A model generated the notes under the pieces. It was not told where the DNA came from and ran no database searches. It worked only from the letters and a program-made list of their open reading frames with translations. From Macrostomum lignano (taxonomy: Eukaryota), in the NCBI GenBank assembly GCA_002269645.1, contig NIVC01001706.1, positions 1 to 41,240 on the forward strand: a stretch of DNA of 41,240 nt, read 5' to 3'. This document shows, piece by piece, positions 8,274 through 17,887 of this stretch. Made by a program: the position numbers and the translations under genes. Each line of letters opens with the position of its first letter. The first letter of the stretch is position 1.

Positions 8274-9860
8274 AGGAGGATTTTTAGACTTACAAAAAGG
8301 ATTAACGAGCTTACCACCAATCTTTACTACTGGTAAATATACAGGGGAACTACACCTACCATCAATGAACTTCACAGGTTAACCCGTGGCCTGAGTGAGG
8401 AAGGCAATGTCCTTGCTAGTCACTATTTGTGGCGACATCTCCAAATTGCGTGAAACCCGTCATACAGCTTCAAGTACCACTTCAAGTGAGAAATCTTTTG
8501 AAGGAACAGAGGTAACTCCTCTTCCCAATCGGACTTCGTCCGCGAACCTATGGTTCGATGGTAACAAGCTTGAAGACACGGTGGCAATGCGCAGCCAAGC
8601 TCCTAAGTATTTTAAATATAAGGAGAAGGTTCAGAGAGCAGACGGAGATGGGCGGTAATTATCGCCGCTTAAGGTGTGCTCCAGCCTCATTCGAAAGATT
8701 GAGGGTAAACAGCCGGGGACTAGACTGGATTTAAGATTAAATCCTGACAATACTCCAAAATCTGATTCAATTCCAATAAATGGGATTGATTGGTTAGCAT
8801 ACTATCACGACTTAGCATATAGAGATGCTGACAAGAACCCGCCCGAGGAAGCATTAAGATTAAAACATGAAGCCGATCAAAAAATGATTCAAGGATTAGA
8901 TAACTTGCAGGGATTATCGGTAGGTCAAAAATTAACTAGGTGGATGGTTAAAAAGATCTTGCAGTCTAAAGTTAAATTTGGTTTGGGAATTAATTATAAT
9001 CAACATGGAAATAATTGTGTTGAGTGTTTACTATTAAGTGGCAGTGGGTTAAGTTATGATGAGGCAAAGATTCTTCATAAAGAATATCGAAAACCTAAAT
9101 TTTATAGAAAAATCATGAACTTCAAAAAGAATGAAATTTGGTATGCTGATTTAATGTCGATGCCGAAAGATCTGGGATATAAATATATCTTAACCATATT
9201 AGATGGTTTTACTCGATACGCGTGGGCTGTTCCTTTGAAATCCAAAAAAGGAGAGGATGTTGCTGCTGCTTTTAGAAGTCTTGGAGAAAAAAGCGAACGT
9301 TTGTGTGTTGACGAAGGAAAAGAATTTTACAATCCTCACATGTATAAATTGTATCATTTTGAAAAAGGACAAGAAAGGAAAAAGGACGCGAATGGGAGTA
9401 TATTAATAAAATTTATTCTATTTATGGAGAGAGTAAAAACGCATTAATAGAAAGATTTAATAGAACTTTAGGTAAGAAATTATGGTTTCAGTTTAGTCTT
9501 AATGCTAACCAAAAATGGGTAAAAATATTACCAGACGTAGTGAAAGATTATAACAATTCATATCATTCGGCGATAAAGATGACTCCTCAACAAGCTTATA
9601 ACAATCCTGAAAATGTTAGGGTTACTTTTGGAAAATTTGAAAAAAAGAAAACTAAAGATTTTAAAGTTGGTGATTCTGTTTATATCTATAAATGGAAAGA
9701 TAAGTTTGAAAAGGGAAGAAAAGGATATTGGAAAATAAGTGAGAAATTTACTATCAGTAAAGTTTTAAATACCAATCCTACAACCTATATAATTGCTGAT
9801 AAGGATGGTGAAGAAATATTGGGTTCTTTTTATGAGAACCAGATAATGTCTGCGAACTAA
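8254..9860 (+). CDS. Parvovirus-type phospholipase A2 (PLA2X) fused to a retroviral-like (rve) integrase; exons 8254-8379 and 8713-9860; 1-bp deletion at ~9394-9396
   Basis: Joining the exons gives ELHLPSMNFTG|PGTRLDLRL..PINGIDWLAYYHDLAY (Ca loop plus HD). The frame runs on into LHKEYRKPKFYRK..WYADL..LTILDGFTRYAWAVPLKSK..CVDEGKEF, then after the shift IERFNRTL..YNNSYHSAIKMTP..FKVGDSV..GSFYE (DDE triad). Confidence 0.87.
8380..8712 (+). ncRNA. Group I self-splicing intron, IC1-type, 333 nt, no internal homing ORF
   Basis: 5' exon ends in U and the intron ends in G. P1: CAGGU/GCCUG (8375-8379/8389-8393) with U.G at the splice site. P3: CAUCUCC/GGAGAUG (8436-8442/8644-8650). P AAAUUGCGUGAAA (8443), Q AAUGCGCAGC (8586), R GUUCAGAGAGCAGA (8629), S AAGGUGUGCUCC (8671). 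P7: G-A(bulge)-GAGCA/UGCUCC. P5abc with A-rich bulge and GAAA loop; P9 with GAAA loop. Removal restores the GPGT motif in frame. Confidence 0.93.
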
Positions 9861-9870
9861 GTTCAAACAG

Positions 9871-10095
9871 TTACTTAAGACAACATGGTAGTAAATTTTT
9901 TATTACAAACAAAAACAATATTATTACTATTATTGTTACTAATATTATTATTGACATTTGTTCAACTGTTATCAAACTTAAATTTTCATTAAGTTCATTA
10001 ATTGGAACATTTCCGATGTAGGAATAGTTTACCTTCATTTTTTTATATATATTTTTCACAATAAATGTCGTTTCTGTTATAGAATAATAGTTCAT
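9871..10095 (-). CDS. Small single-pass membrane protein (74 aa), viral hypothetical
   Basis: AAAAAATG start; strongly hydrophobic IIILVTIIVIILFLFVI followed by KNLLPCCLK. Confidence 0.4.
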   Translation of the reverse strand: MNYYSITETTFIVKNIYKKMKVNYSYIGNVPINELNENLSLITVEQMSIIILVTIIVIILFLFVIKNLLPCCLK

Positions 10096-10111
10096 TTTTT
10101 AAATATTTTTT

Positions 10112-10426
10112 TCACATAAAAATTTCACTTTCATTCTCTGATTCACTGGTTTCATATGAACTATTTGTTGATTCGGAATCTGTTGATCTAACCTCCCAAT
10201 CATCCGAATTTAAATAATCTCCAAGTTGAAATATTAACTCACCCTCTTGTTCTAAATCATACATCTCATCTAGCTCTAATGGATAAAGTTTTAGGTCGTG
10301 CTTGTCGTCATATTTTAAATAAACTTCATCAATTATTCCATTCAAAATATGTTGTTTTATTATCTCTGCATTTTTAGCAACGGTCTCAAAAGTATCACTA
10401 ACAGAAAAGGTGTAAACTCGGTTCAT
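10112..10426 (-). CDS. Acidic viral hypothetical protein (104 aa)
   Basis: AAAAAATG start, intact ORF, Ser/Glu-rich tail. Confidence 0.55.
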   Translation of the reverse strand: MNRVYTFSVSDTFETVAKNAEIIKQHILNGIIDEVYLKYDDKHDLKLYPLELDEMYDLEQEGELIFQLGDYLNSDDWEVRSTDSESTNSSYETSESENESEIFM

Positions 10427-10516
10427 TTTTTATAACAGAAAAAGACCCTTCGCGCCTGCGGCGCGTGCGACGGGTTCTAGAAAGTTTGTGTGTGTTGGAG
10501 AGAGTTGGAAGCGTTG

Positions 10517-10764
10517 ACGATACAAAATACCCAGCAAACCAAAGCGAGCGACGAGGGCGTGTTCTCACCATTCAAAAAGAATTAATCGTTGTAAGTGTGA
10601 AATGGCCTGTTTGACCGAAATGAAGCGAGGATGAGCGAAGCGAGTTGAGCGAAGTGAAGACGAGCGAAAATGAAGGGAAACAGGCCATTTCACACTGATA
10701 AAGGGTTAAATTGTTTGCAATGGTGAGAATGGTTTGCTGGGTATTTTGTATCGTATATACTACT
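10517..10764. repeat. Terminal region of the Polinton: nested imperfect palindrome plus ACTACT end
   Basis: Perfect inverted arms 10517-10541/10730-10754 (25 bp), 10562-10572/10719-10729 (11 bp) and 10594-10612/10678-10696 (19 bp); terminus ATATACTACT at 10755-10764. Confidence 0.85.
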
Positions 10765-11177
10765 AATGGGATCAGTGTTTGGGTCATTGGGATCAGTGTC
10801 TGGGTCAATGAGATCTGAATCGATGGGATCTGAGTCAATAGGATCTGAATCAATGGGATCTGAGTCAATAGGATCTGGGTCCATGGGATCTGGGTCCATG
10901 GGATCTGGGTCAATAGGATCTAAGCCAATGGGATCTGGGTCAATAGGATCTGGGTCCATGGGATCTGGGTCGATGGGATATGGTCAATGGGATATGGTCA
11001 ATGGGATATGGTCAATGGTTTCTGGGTCAATAAGATCTGGGTCGATGGGATCTGGGTCAATGAGATCTAAGTCAATAGAATCTGGGTCAATGCGATCTGA
11101 GTCAATGGGATATGGGTCAATAGATCTGGGTACTGTAAATGGAATCTGGGTCAACGGGATCTGGGTCAATGGGATCT
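10765..11177 (+). repeat. Intronic minisatellite, 15-bp unit AATGGGATCTGGGTC
   Basis: Directly visible tandem units; source of the spurious DPDPI/GSMGS ORFs. Confidence 0.9.
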
Positions 11178-11209
11178 GTCTCACACGACAAGCCGTCGAC
11201 CTCCCGCAG

Positions 11210-14200
11210 ACCACAATGTCGGGCGCCACGCTGGCCAACTTAAGCCAGTGGGGCAGCGCACCTGCCCTGATCAACACGGACACCAGCAGGGTCACCTTCA
11301 AAGGCGAACCGGACGAGCTGGTGTTCACCGCGGAAACACCTGGTGGCGACGGCGGCAGCGCCGATTCCAGCGGCGGCTCAGAATCGGATTCCGATGATGT
11401 CGACGCAGAGGCGACCGGAGTCCGCAGCGGCTTGTCCAGCCGTGACGACGCGCAGTCCGGCTGCAGCACCGCCTCTGGTCAGCGAGCGGACGCCTCCAGG
11501 GAGGAGTCCGAGCTGTTGTACGTCGATCAGAACAAGTCGCGTCTGCCGCGCGGCATCGCCGAGATCCGGCCGCACCTGCAGAAGGTGGACAACGTGCCGT
11601 TGCAGGTGTCGCTGTTTACCGACTGCGATATCGGCGCCGTGTCGGAGATGCTGCTCATCATGCGGCAGTACGGGGAGCGCTCAGTGCTGTTGTACTCGGC
11701 TTTGAGTCTGAGGTCCTGTAGACTGGCCAAGATTACCGACACCGCCGTGAGTCTGGGGCACATGGGTCGGCACAGAGTCTAATGTGGTCAATTTTTGGTC
11801 AAGTAGGTCAAAACTGGGTCAAGTAGGTCAAAACTGGGTCAAGTAGGTCAAAATTGGGTCAAGTAGGTCAAAATCGGGTCAAGTAGGTCAAAATTGGGTC
11901 AAGTAGGTCAAGATTGGGTCAAGTAGGCCAAAATTAGGTCAAGTTGGCCAAAATTGGGTCAAGTAGGTCAAAATTAGGTCAAGTAGGTAAAGATTGATCA
12001 AGTAGGTCATCGTTGGGTCAAGTAGGTCAACATTTAGTCAACAATGTAAAATTATGTCAAGTAGAGTCATGTTGAGTCGATTCGGTCAATGTTGGGTCAG
12101 TTGTGTCAAAACTGGGTCAAGTCAGTAAAAATTTGGTCAAGTGGGTCAATATTTGGTCGAGTAGGTCAATATTGATTCGAGTAGGTCAACTTTGGATCAA
12201 GTAAGTCCACGTTAGATCAAGTAGGTCAACGCTTAGTAAAGTAGGTCAACGTTAGAGTCGAGTAGGTCAACTTTGTGTCAAGTAGGTCAATATTGAGTCA
12301 AGTAGGTCAACCTGGGTCACGAGTAGGCACTCAGCCGCCATTCCCAACAGTCTCCCCTAACCACCGCCCGTGGAACCGTCAGATCGCCCTGGTGCCTCAG
12401 CTGCCGCCGACTTGTCGCAGCGAGCCGGCGCCGCCAGTCGGGTCCAGACTCGAACCCAGTCCCGCCTTCGTCGCTGCCAAGCTGCTCAGCCTGCCTGCCG
12501 GCTACGCGCCAACTCGCCTGGCCATCGCCGGCCTCATCGCCGACTGCCGCTGCTCAGTTGAGCGACTCAAGCGACCGTTGAGAGCGTTTTTGTCTATGGC
12601 ACTGATGCTGTCGGCTCTGCACGCGGTCTGCGGCCTGCTCATGCTGCCGCCCTGTCTGTCCGCCGGGCAGACCGCCGCCCTGTCTTTTGTGCTGCTGCCT
12701 GCGGCCGCCTTTGGCACCGTGGCCAAGTCTGAGGACCGGCTGAAGGCGTTGAATCAGCCGGCTCGGAGGAGGGACCTGCCGAGGAGGAAGGCGCTCACTG
12801 CGCGGTGGGTTTTGGGGTGTCTGGTAGGGTGTTTAGGTGTCTGGTAGGGTGTTTGGGTGTCTGGTAGGGTGTTTGGGTGTCTAGTAGGGTGTTTGGGTGT
12901 CTAGTAGATGTTTGGGTGTCTGGTAGGGTGTTTGGGTGTCTGGTAGGGTGTTTGGGTGTCTGGTAGGGTGTTTGGGTGTCTGGTAGGGTGTTTGGGTGTC
13001 TGGTAGGGTGTTTGGGTCTCTAGTAGGGTGTTTGGGTGTCTAGTAGATGTTTGGGTGTCTGGTAGGGTGTTTGGGTGTCTGGTAGGGTTTTTTGGTGTCT
13101 GGTAGGGTGTTTGGGTGTCTAGTAGGGTGTTTGGGTGTCTGGTAGGGTGTTTGGGTGTCTGGTAGGGTGTTTGGGTGTCTGGTAGGGTTTTTTGGTGTCT
13201 GGTAGGGTGTTTGGGTGTCTGGTAGGGTGTTTGGGTGTCTGGTAGGGTGTTTGGGTGTCTGGTAGGGTGTTTGGGTGTCTGGTAGGGTGTTTGGGTGTCT
13301 AGTAGGGTGTTTGGGTGTCTGGTAGGGTGCTTGGGTGTCTAGTAGATGTTTGGGTGTCTGGTAGGGTGTTTGGGTGTCTGGTAGGGTGTTTGGGTGTCTA
13401 GTAGGGTGTTTGGGTGTCTGGTAGGGTGCTTGGGTGTCTAGTAGATGTTTGGGTGTCTGGTAGGGTGTTTGGGTGTCTGGTAGGGTGTTTGGGTGTCTGG
13501 TAGGGTGTTTGGGTGTCTGGTAGGGTGTTTGGGTCTCTAGTAGGGTGTTTAGGTGTCTGGTAGGGTGTTTGGGTGTCTAGTAGGGTGTTTAGGTGTCTAG
13601 TAGGGTGTTTGGGTGTCTGGTAGGGTGTTTGGGTGTCTAGTAGAGTCGTCTGGAGTGTCCGAATAGGAATACTGTAAGGTGTCCGGTGTCTCAAGTGATT
13701 TAGAGGCTTGGTGTGTCATTAAAGCTGTCTGGGGTGTAATGTCCACTATAAGGGTGATTGGTATGCTTTCAGTGTGTCTAAACTTTAAGTGTCTGTATTA
13801 CTGAGCCATCGCCCCCTTTCCCTCCGCCTCCCAGCTACCTGTCACTGCACCTGGCTCTGACGCTGCCCTCAGCCGTGGTCGCAGCTCTGGTCTTTGTCGC
13901 ATTCGTGTACACCCGCTGCTCCCAGCTGGCTGCCGGAGATGCCGCACTGCTTGGCAACCAGTCTGCTGCTCCTGACAGCACCGGCAATTGGAGCGCCTCT
14001 GTGCCGATCGAATCCGCAATCTCCTACTATCAGTACCATAGTCTGAGCATGGAAAATGTCACCGCTTGTTTGGGGCATTCCTTGTGGACTCAACAGCGGG
14101 ATAATGAGCAGCTGCTGGCCGCGTTTCAGGGCGTGCTGTTCTGCTTTATTGTGCTGGCTTGCCGTGAGTCTGCTTTGAAGCCAACTTTATTTTGTTTTAA

Positions 14201-14424
14201 CTCAAGTTGTAATTTGAGATTTATATGGGATTTTTATTTGCGTTACACCCTCTTGACCCCGTCCGCAGTGATCACTTCGTTGGTGTTCGTCACGGAGAAC
14301 CTGCGCCCGTTTCGTCTGCCTATCGGAGGCTTCAGTCGGTTGAAAGTTTGGGCTGTCTGCCAGTTTGCGACGTGAGCAGGACTTGACCTGTCTGTCTGTC
14401 TGTCTGTCTGTCTGCCTGCCTGCC

Positions 14425-14463
<39 letters not shown>

Positions 14464-14508
14464 ATGTCTGACTGTCTGTCTGTCTGTCTGTCTGTCTGTC
14501 TGCCTGCC

Positions 14509-14547
<39 letters not shown>

Positions 14548-14556
14548 ATGTCTGAC

Positions 14557-14635
<79 letters not shown>

Positions 14636-14636
14636 A

Positions 14637-14683
<47 letters not shown>

Positions 14684-14685
14684 AT

Positions 14686-14766
<81 letters not shown>

Positions 14767-14779
14767 ATGTCTGTCTGTA

Positions 14780-14818
<39 letters not shown>

Positions 14819-14855
14819 ATTTCTGTCTGTCTGTCTGTCTGTCTGTATGTCTGAC

Positions 14856-14906
<51 letters not shown>

Positions 14907-14907
14907 A

Positions 14908-14966
<59 letters not shown>

Positions 14967-15001
14967 ATTTCTGTCTGTCTGTCTGTCTGTCTGTCTGTAT
15001 T

Positions 15002-15042
<41 letters not shown>

Positions 15043-15051
15043 ATGTCTGAC

Positions 15052-15086
<35 letters not shown>

Positions 15087-15113
15087 ATGTCTGTCTGTTT
15101 GTCTGGTTGTCTT

Positions 15114-15158
<45 letters not shown>

Positions 15159-15179
15159 ATGTCTGTCTGTCTGTCTGTG

Positions 15180-15227
<48 letters not shown>

Positions 15228-16138
15228 AGTATCCTCAGCCAGTCCACACCCTACCCGCACCACCAGCCTGGCAGTCGGCCTGTCCATCGCAGCACTGGAC
15301 ATGTCGATGCGGTCGGCTTGGAGCCGCCTGCCCGAGCTGGGTCTTCACGTGTGGCTGCCGCTGATCCTGTGGCTGCTAGCCTTGGGGCCCGTTAATGAGA
15401 TTGTCAAGCACAGGCAGATGCGGTGAGTTCGCTATAAAATACTGCTTTTAGAATCCCACACTCAGCAGAATCCCATACTCAGCAGAATCCCACACTCAGC
15501 AGAATCCCATACTCAGCAGAATCCCACACTCGGTAGAATCCCACACTCAGTAGAATCCCACACTCAGCGGAATCCCACACTCAGCGGAATCACACACTCA
15601 GTAGAATCCCACACTCAGTAGAATCCCACACTCAGTAGAATTCCACACTCAGCAGAATCCCACACTCAGCAGAATCCCACACTCGGTAGAATCCCACACT
15701 CAGCAGAATCCCACACTCAGCAGAATCCCATACTCAGCAGAATCCCACACTCAGCAGAATCCCACACTCAGCAGAATAACACACTCGGTAGAATCCCACA
15801 CTCAGTAGTATCCCACACTCGGCAGAATCCCACACTCGGTAGAATTCCACACTCAGCAGAATCCCACACTCAGCAGAATAACACACTCGGTAGAATCCCA
15901 CACTCAGTAGTATCCCACACTCGGCAGAATCCCACACTCGGTAGAATTCCACACTCAGCAGAATCCCACACTCAGCAGAATAACACACTCGGCAGAATCC
16001 CACACTCGGTAGAATTCCACACTCAGCAGAATCCCTCTGATGATAATGAACACACCGCACCGCAGGATCAAGAGCAAGGAGGACAGAGCGGCGAGGCTGC
16101 ACTTTGACACCAAGCTCGGCATGTACTCGCCTGTGTAG
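11210..16138 (+). CDS. TMEM94: TMEM94 (KIAA0195) orthologue, 3' part; exons 11210-11746, 12383-12804, 13835-14163, 14269-14371, 15267-15422, 16066-16138
   Basis: GT-AG exons with compatible phases. Peptides [51 protein letters not shown] and the C-terminal [13 protein letters not shown] match recalled TMEM94 motifs (KLPRGI..VRPHLQNIDNVPL.V.LFTDC; LQFETKLGMNSPF). Confidence 0.9.
11786..12327 (+). repeat. Intronic minisatellite, ~20-bp unit GGGTCAAGTAGGTCAAAATT
   Basis: Visible tandem units, degenerating to the right. Confidence 0.85.
12810..13643 (+). repeat. Intronic minisatellite, 20-bp unit GGGTGTCTGGTAGGGTGTTT
   Basis: Visible tandem units. Confidence 0.9.
14388..15227 (+). repeat. Intronic (GTCT)n microsatellite
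   Basis: Long tetranucleotide run with GTAT, GCCT and GTTT variants; source of the QTDR/SVCL ORFs. Confidence 0.95.
15450..16035 (+). repeat. Intronic minisatellite, 17-bp unit AGAATCCCACACTCAGC
   Basis: Visible tandem units. Confidence 0.9.
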
Positions 16139-16805
16139 CGCCTGTTCAACCATTACAATTCATAGTATAATTAATTGATTATTTAACTGATTTATTGATT
16201 GACACTCTATGCTAATTTGAAATTGCGTTTAGATAAATTTATTATAATTATTTGTCTATTGCTACTTTGAAATCGCAATTCCGCCTTTGTGTGAGTCTGT
16301 AAATTTGTGTCTTGTTAGTCTTTGTTTGTAATCGCTTCAGTACTTTTAATCAAAAATCACGTGATTTTTTAATAACAAAAAATATAAATATTTTTAAATT
16401 CTATTTTATATGATCAATAAATTTAAAATTTTACAGCCTTTTTCGTTTTTTATTAGCAATATTCAGCAAGCGCTACTGTCAGTAGACACACTGTGCATGG
16501 TGTAAAACTGGATTGAAATCCGATTATTGATCTATATTCTGTTTAGCCAACAAGCAGAAGGTTATATTGTTTTTTACAAACGAGGCACAAGCGGTAGATT
16601 CAAAGCAATAAGTTTGAAAATTAAGTACATTTTTAGCGAGTTGTTTATGCATTCGTGCATGTACATGTTCCTGCTAAAGAGTGGTCAAGAAATACAAAAC
16701 AACTTCATAAAAACAGTTAAAATTTTCAAGCAAGTCGAGTTCTTTTGTGGATCCCCTTCCGACTTGAAAACAGAGTGTTCGAAACTCTAAAGAAATCGAG
16801 GGTTA

Positions 16806-17842
16806 GATATAGGGATATAGGGTCATAGGCATTCGATAGAGGGATATAGGGTCATAGGCATTCGATAGAGGGATACAGGGTCATAGGCATTCGATAGAGG
16901 GATATAGGGTCATAGGCATTCGATAGAGGGATATAGGGTCATAGGCATTCGATAGAGGGATATAGGGTCATAGGCATTCGATAGAGGGATATAGGGTCAT
17001 AGGCATTCGATAAAGGGATATAGGCAACGGATAAATGGATATAGGCAACGGATAGAGGGATATAGAGTCCTAGGCATTCGATAGAGGGATATAGAGTCAT
17101 AGGCATTCGATATAGGGATATAGGGTCATAGGCATTCGATATAGGGATATAGGGTCATAGGCATTCGATAGAGGGATATAGGGTCATAGGCATTCGATAG
17201 AGGGATATAGAGTCATAGGCATTCGATAGAGGGATATAGGGTCATAGGCATTCGATAGAGGGATATAGGGTCATAGGCATTCGATAGAGGGATATAGGGT
17301 CATAGGCATTCGATAGAGGGATATAGGGTCATAGGCATTCGATAGAGGGATATAGGCAACGGATAAATGGATATAGGCAACGGATAGAGGGATATAGGCA
17401 ACGGATAGAGGGGATATAGGCAACGGATAGAGGGATATAGGCAACGGATAGAGGGATATAGGCAGCAAATAGAGGGATATAGACATCGAATAAAGAAATA
17501 TAGGCAACGGATAGAGGGATATAGACATCGAATAAAGAAATATAGGCAACGAATAGAGGGATATAGGCAACGGATAGAGGGATATAGGCAGCGGATGGAG
17601 GGATATAGGCAGCGGATGGGGGGATATAGGCAGCGGATGGAGGGATATAGGCAGCGGATGGAGGGATATAGGCAGCGGATGGGGGATATGGGCAGCGGAT
17701 AGAGGGATATAGTCAGCAAATAGAGGGATATAGGCAACGAATAGAGGGATATAGGCAACGGATAGAGGAATAGACACATCGGATAGAGGAATATAGGCAA
17801 CAAATAGAGGGATACAGGCAACGGATAGGGGGATAGAGACAT
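16806..17842 (+). repeat. Compound minisatellite: 29-bp AGAGGGATATAGGGTCATAGGCATTCGAT switching to 21-bp AGAGGGATATAGGCAACGGAT
   Basis: Visible tandem units sharing an AGAGGGATATAGG core. Confidence 0.9.
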
Positions 17843-17887
17843 GGGATAGTGGGAACGCGCAGAGGGGCAGTGCAGAGTCGCGGAGAC

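Larger units (their letters stand above)
1..10764. mobile_element. Polinton/Maverick (adintovirus-like) endogenous viral element, right part; continues left of the window
   Basis: Intronless AT-rich block with MCP, minor capsid, A32-like packaging ATPase, adenain-like protease, PLA2 and rve integrase. It ends in ...TATACTACT (minus-strand 5'-AGTAGT, the typical Polinton terminus) at 10764, followed by an abrupt switch to a host minisatellite. pPolB is not in the window. Confidence 0.92.

Noticed and set aside
8395-8658. 87-aa ORF inside the intron as a homing endonuclease or maturase
   Set aside because: No LAGLIDADG, GIY-YIG, HNH or His-Cys motif; it runs over the structured core and has no ATG start.
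8378-8712. Spliceosomal GT-AG reading of the PLA2 intron (AG|GTTAAC...AACAG|)
   Set aside because: Splicing at 8378 gives ACA GCC GGG GAC TAG, an immediate stop. Only the U|...G| group I boundaries restore GPGT, and a full ribozyme core is present.
1-10764. Protein-primed DNA polymerase B gene
   Set aside because: No ORF with PolB motifs in the window; its presence elsewhere in the element cannot be judged.
10572-11180. DPDPI-, TQIP- and GSMGS-repeat ORFs
   Set aside because: Translations of the 15-bp intronic minisatellite; real TMEM94 coding starts at the acceptor at 11210.
15230-15266. Alternative TMEM94 acceptor at 15229 directly after the GTCT run
   Set aside because: Puts the exon in a frame that stops early and loses the NEIVK motif; the CAG at 15264-15266 keeps the frame.
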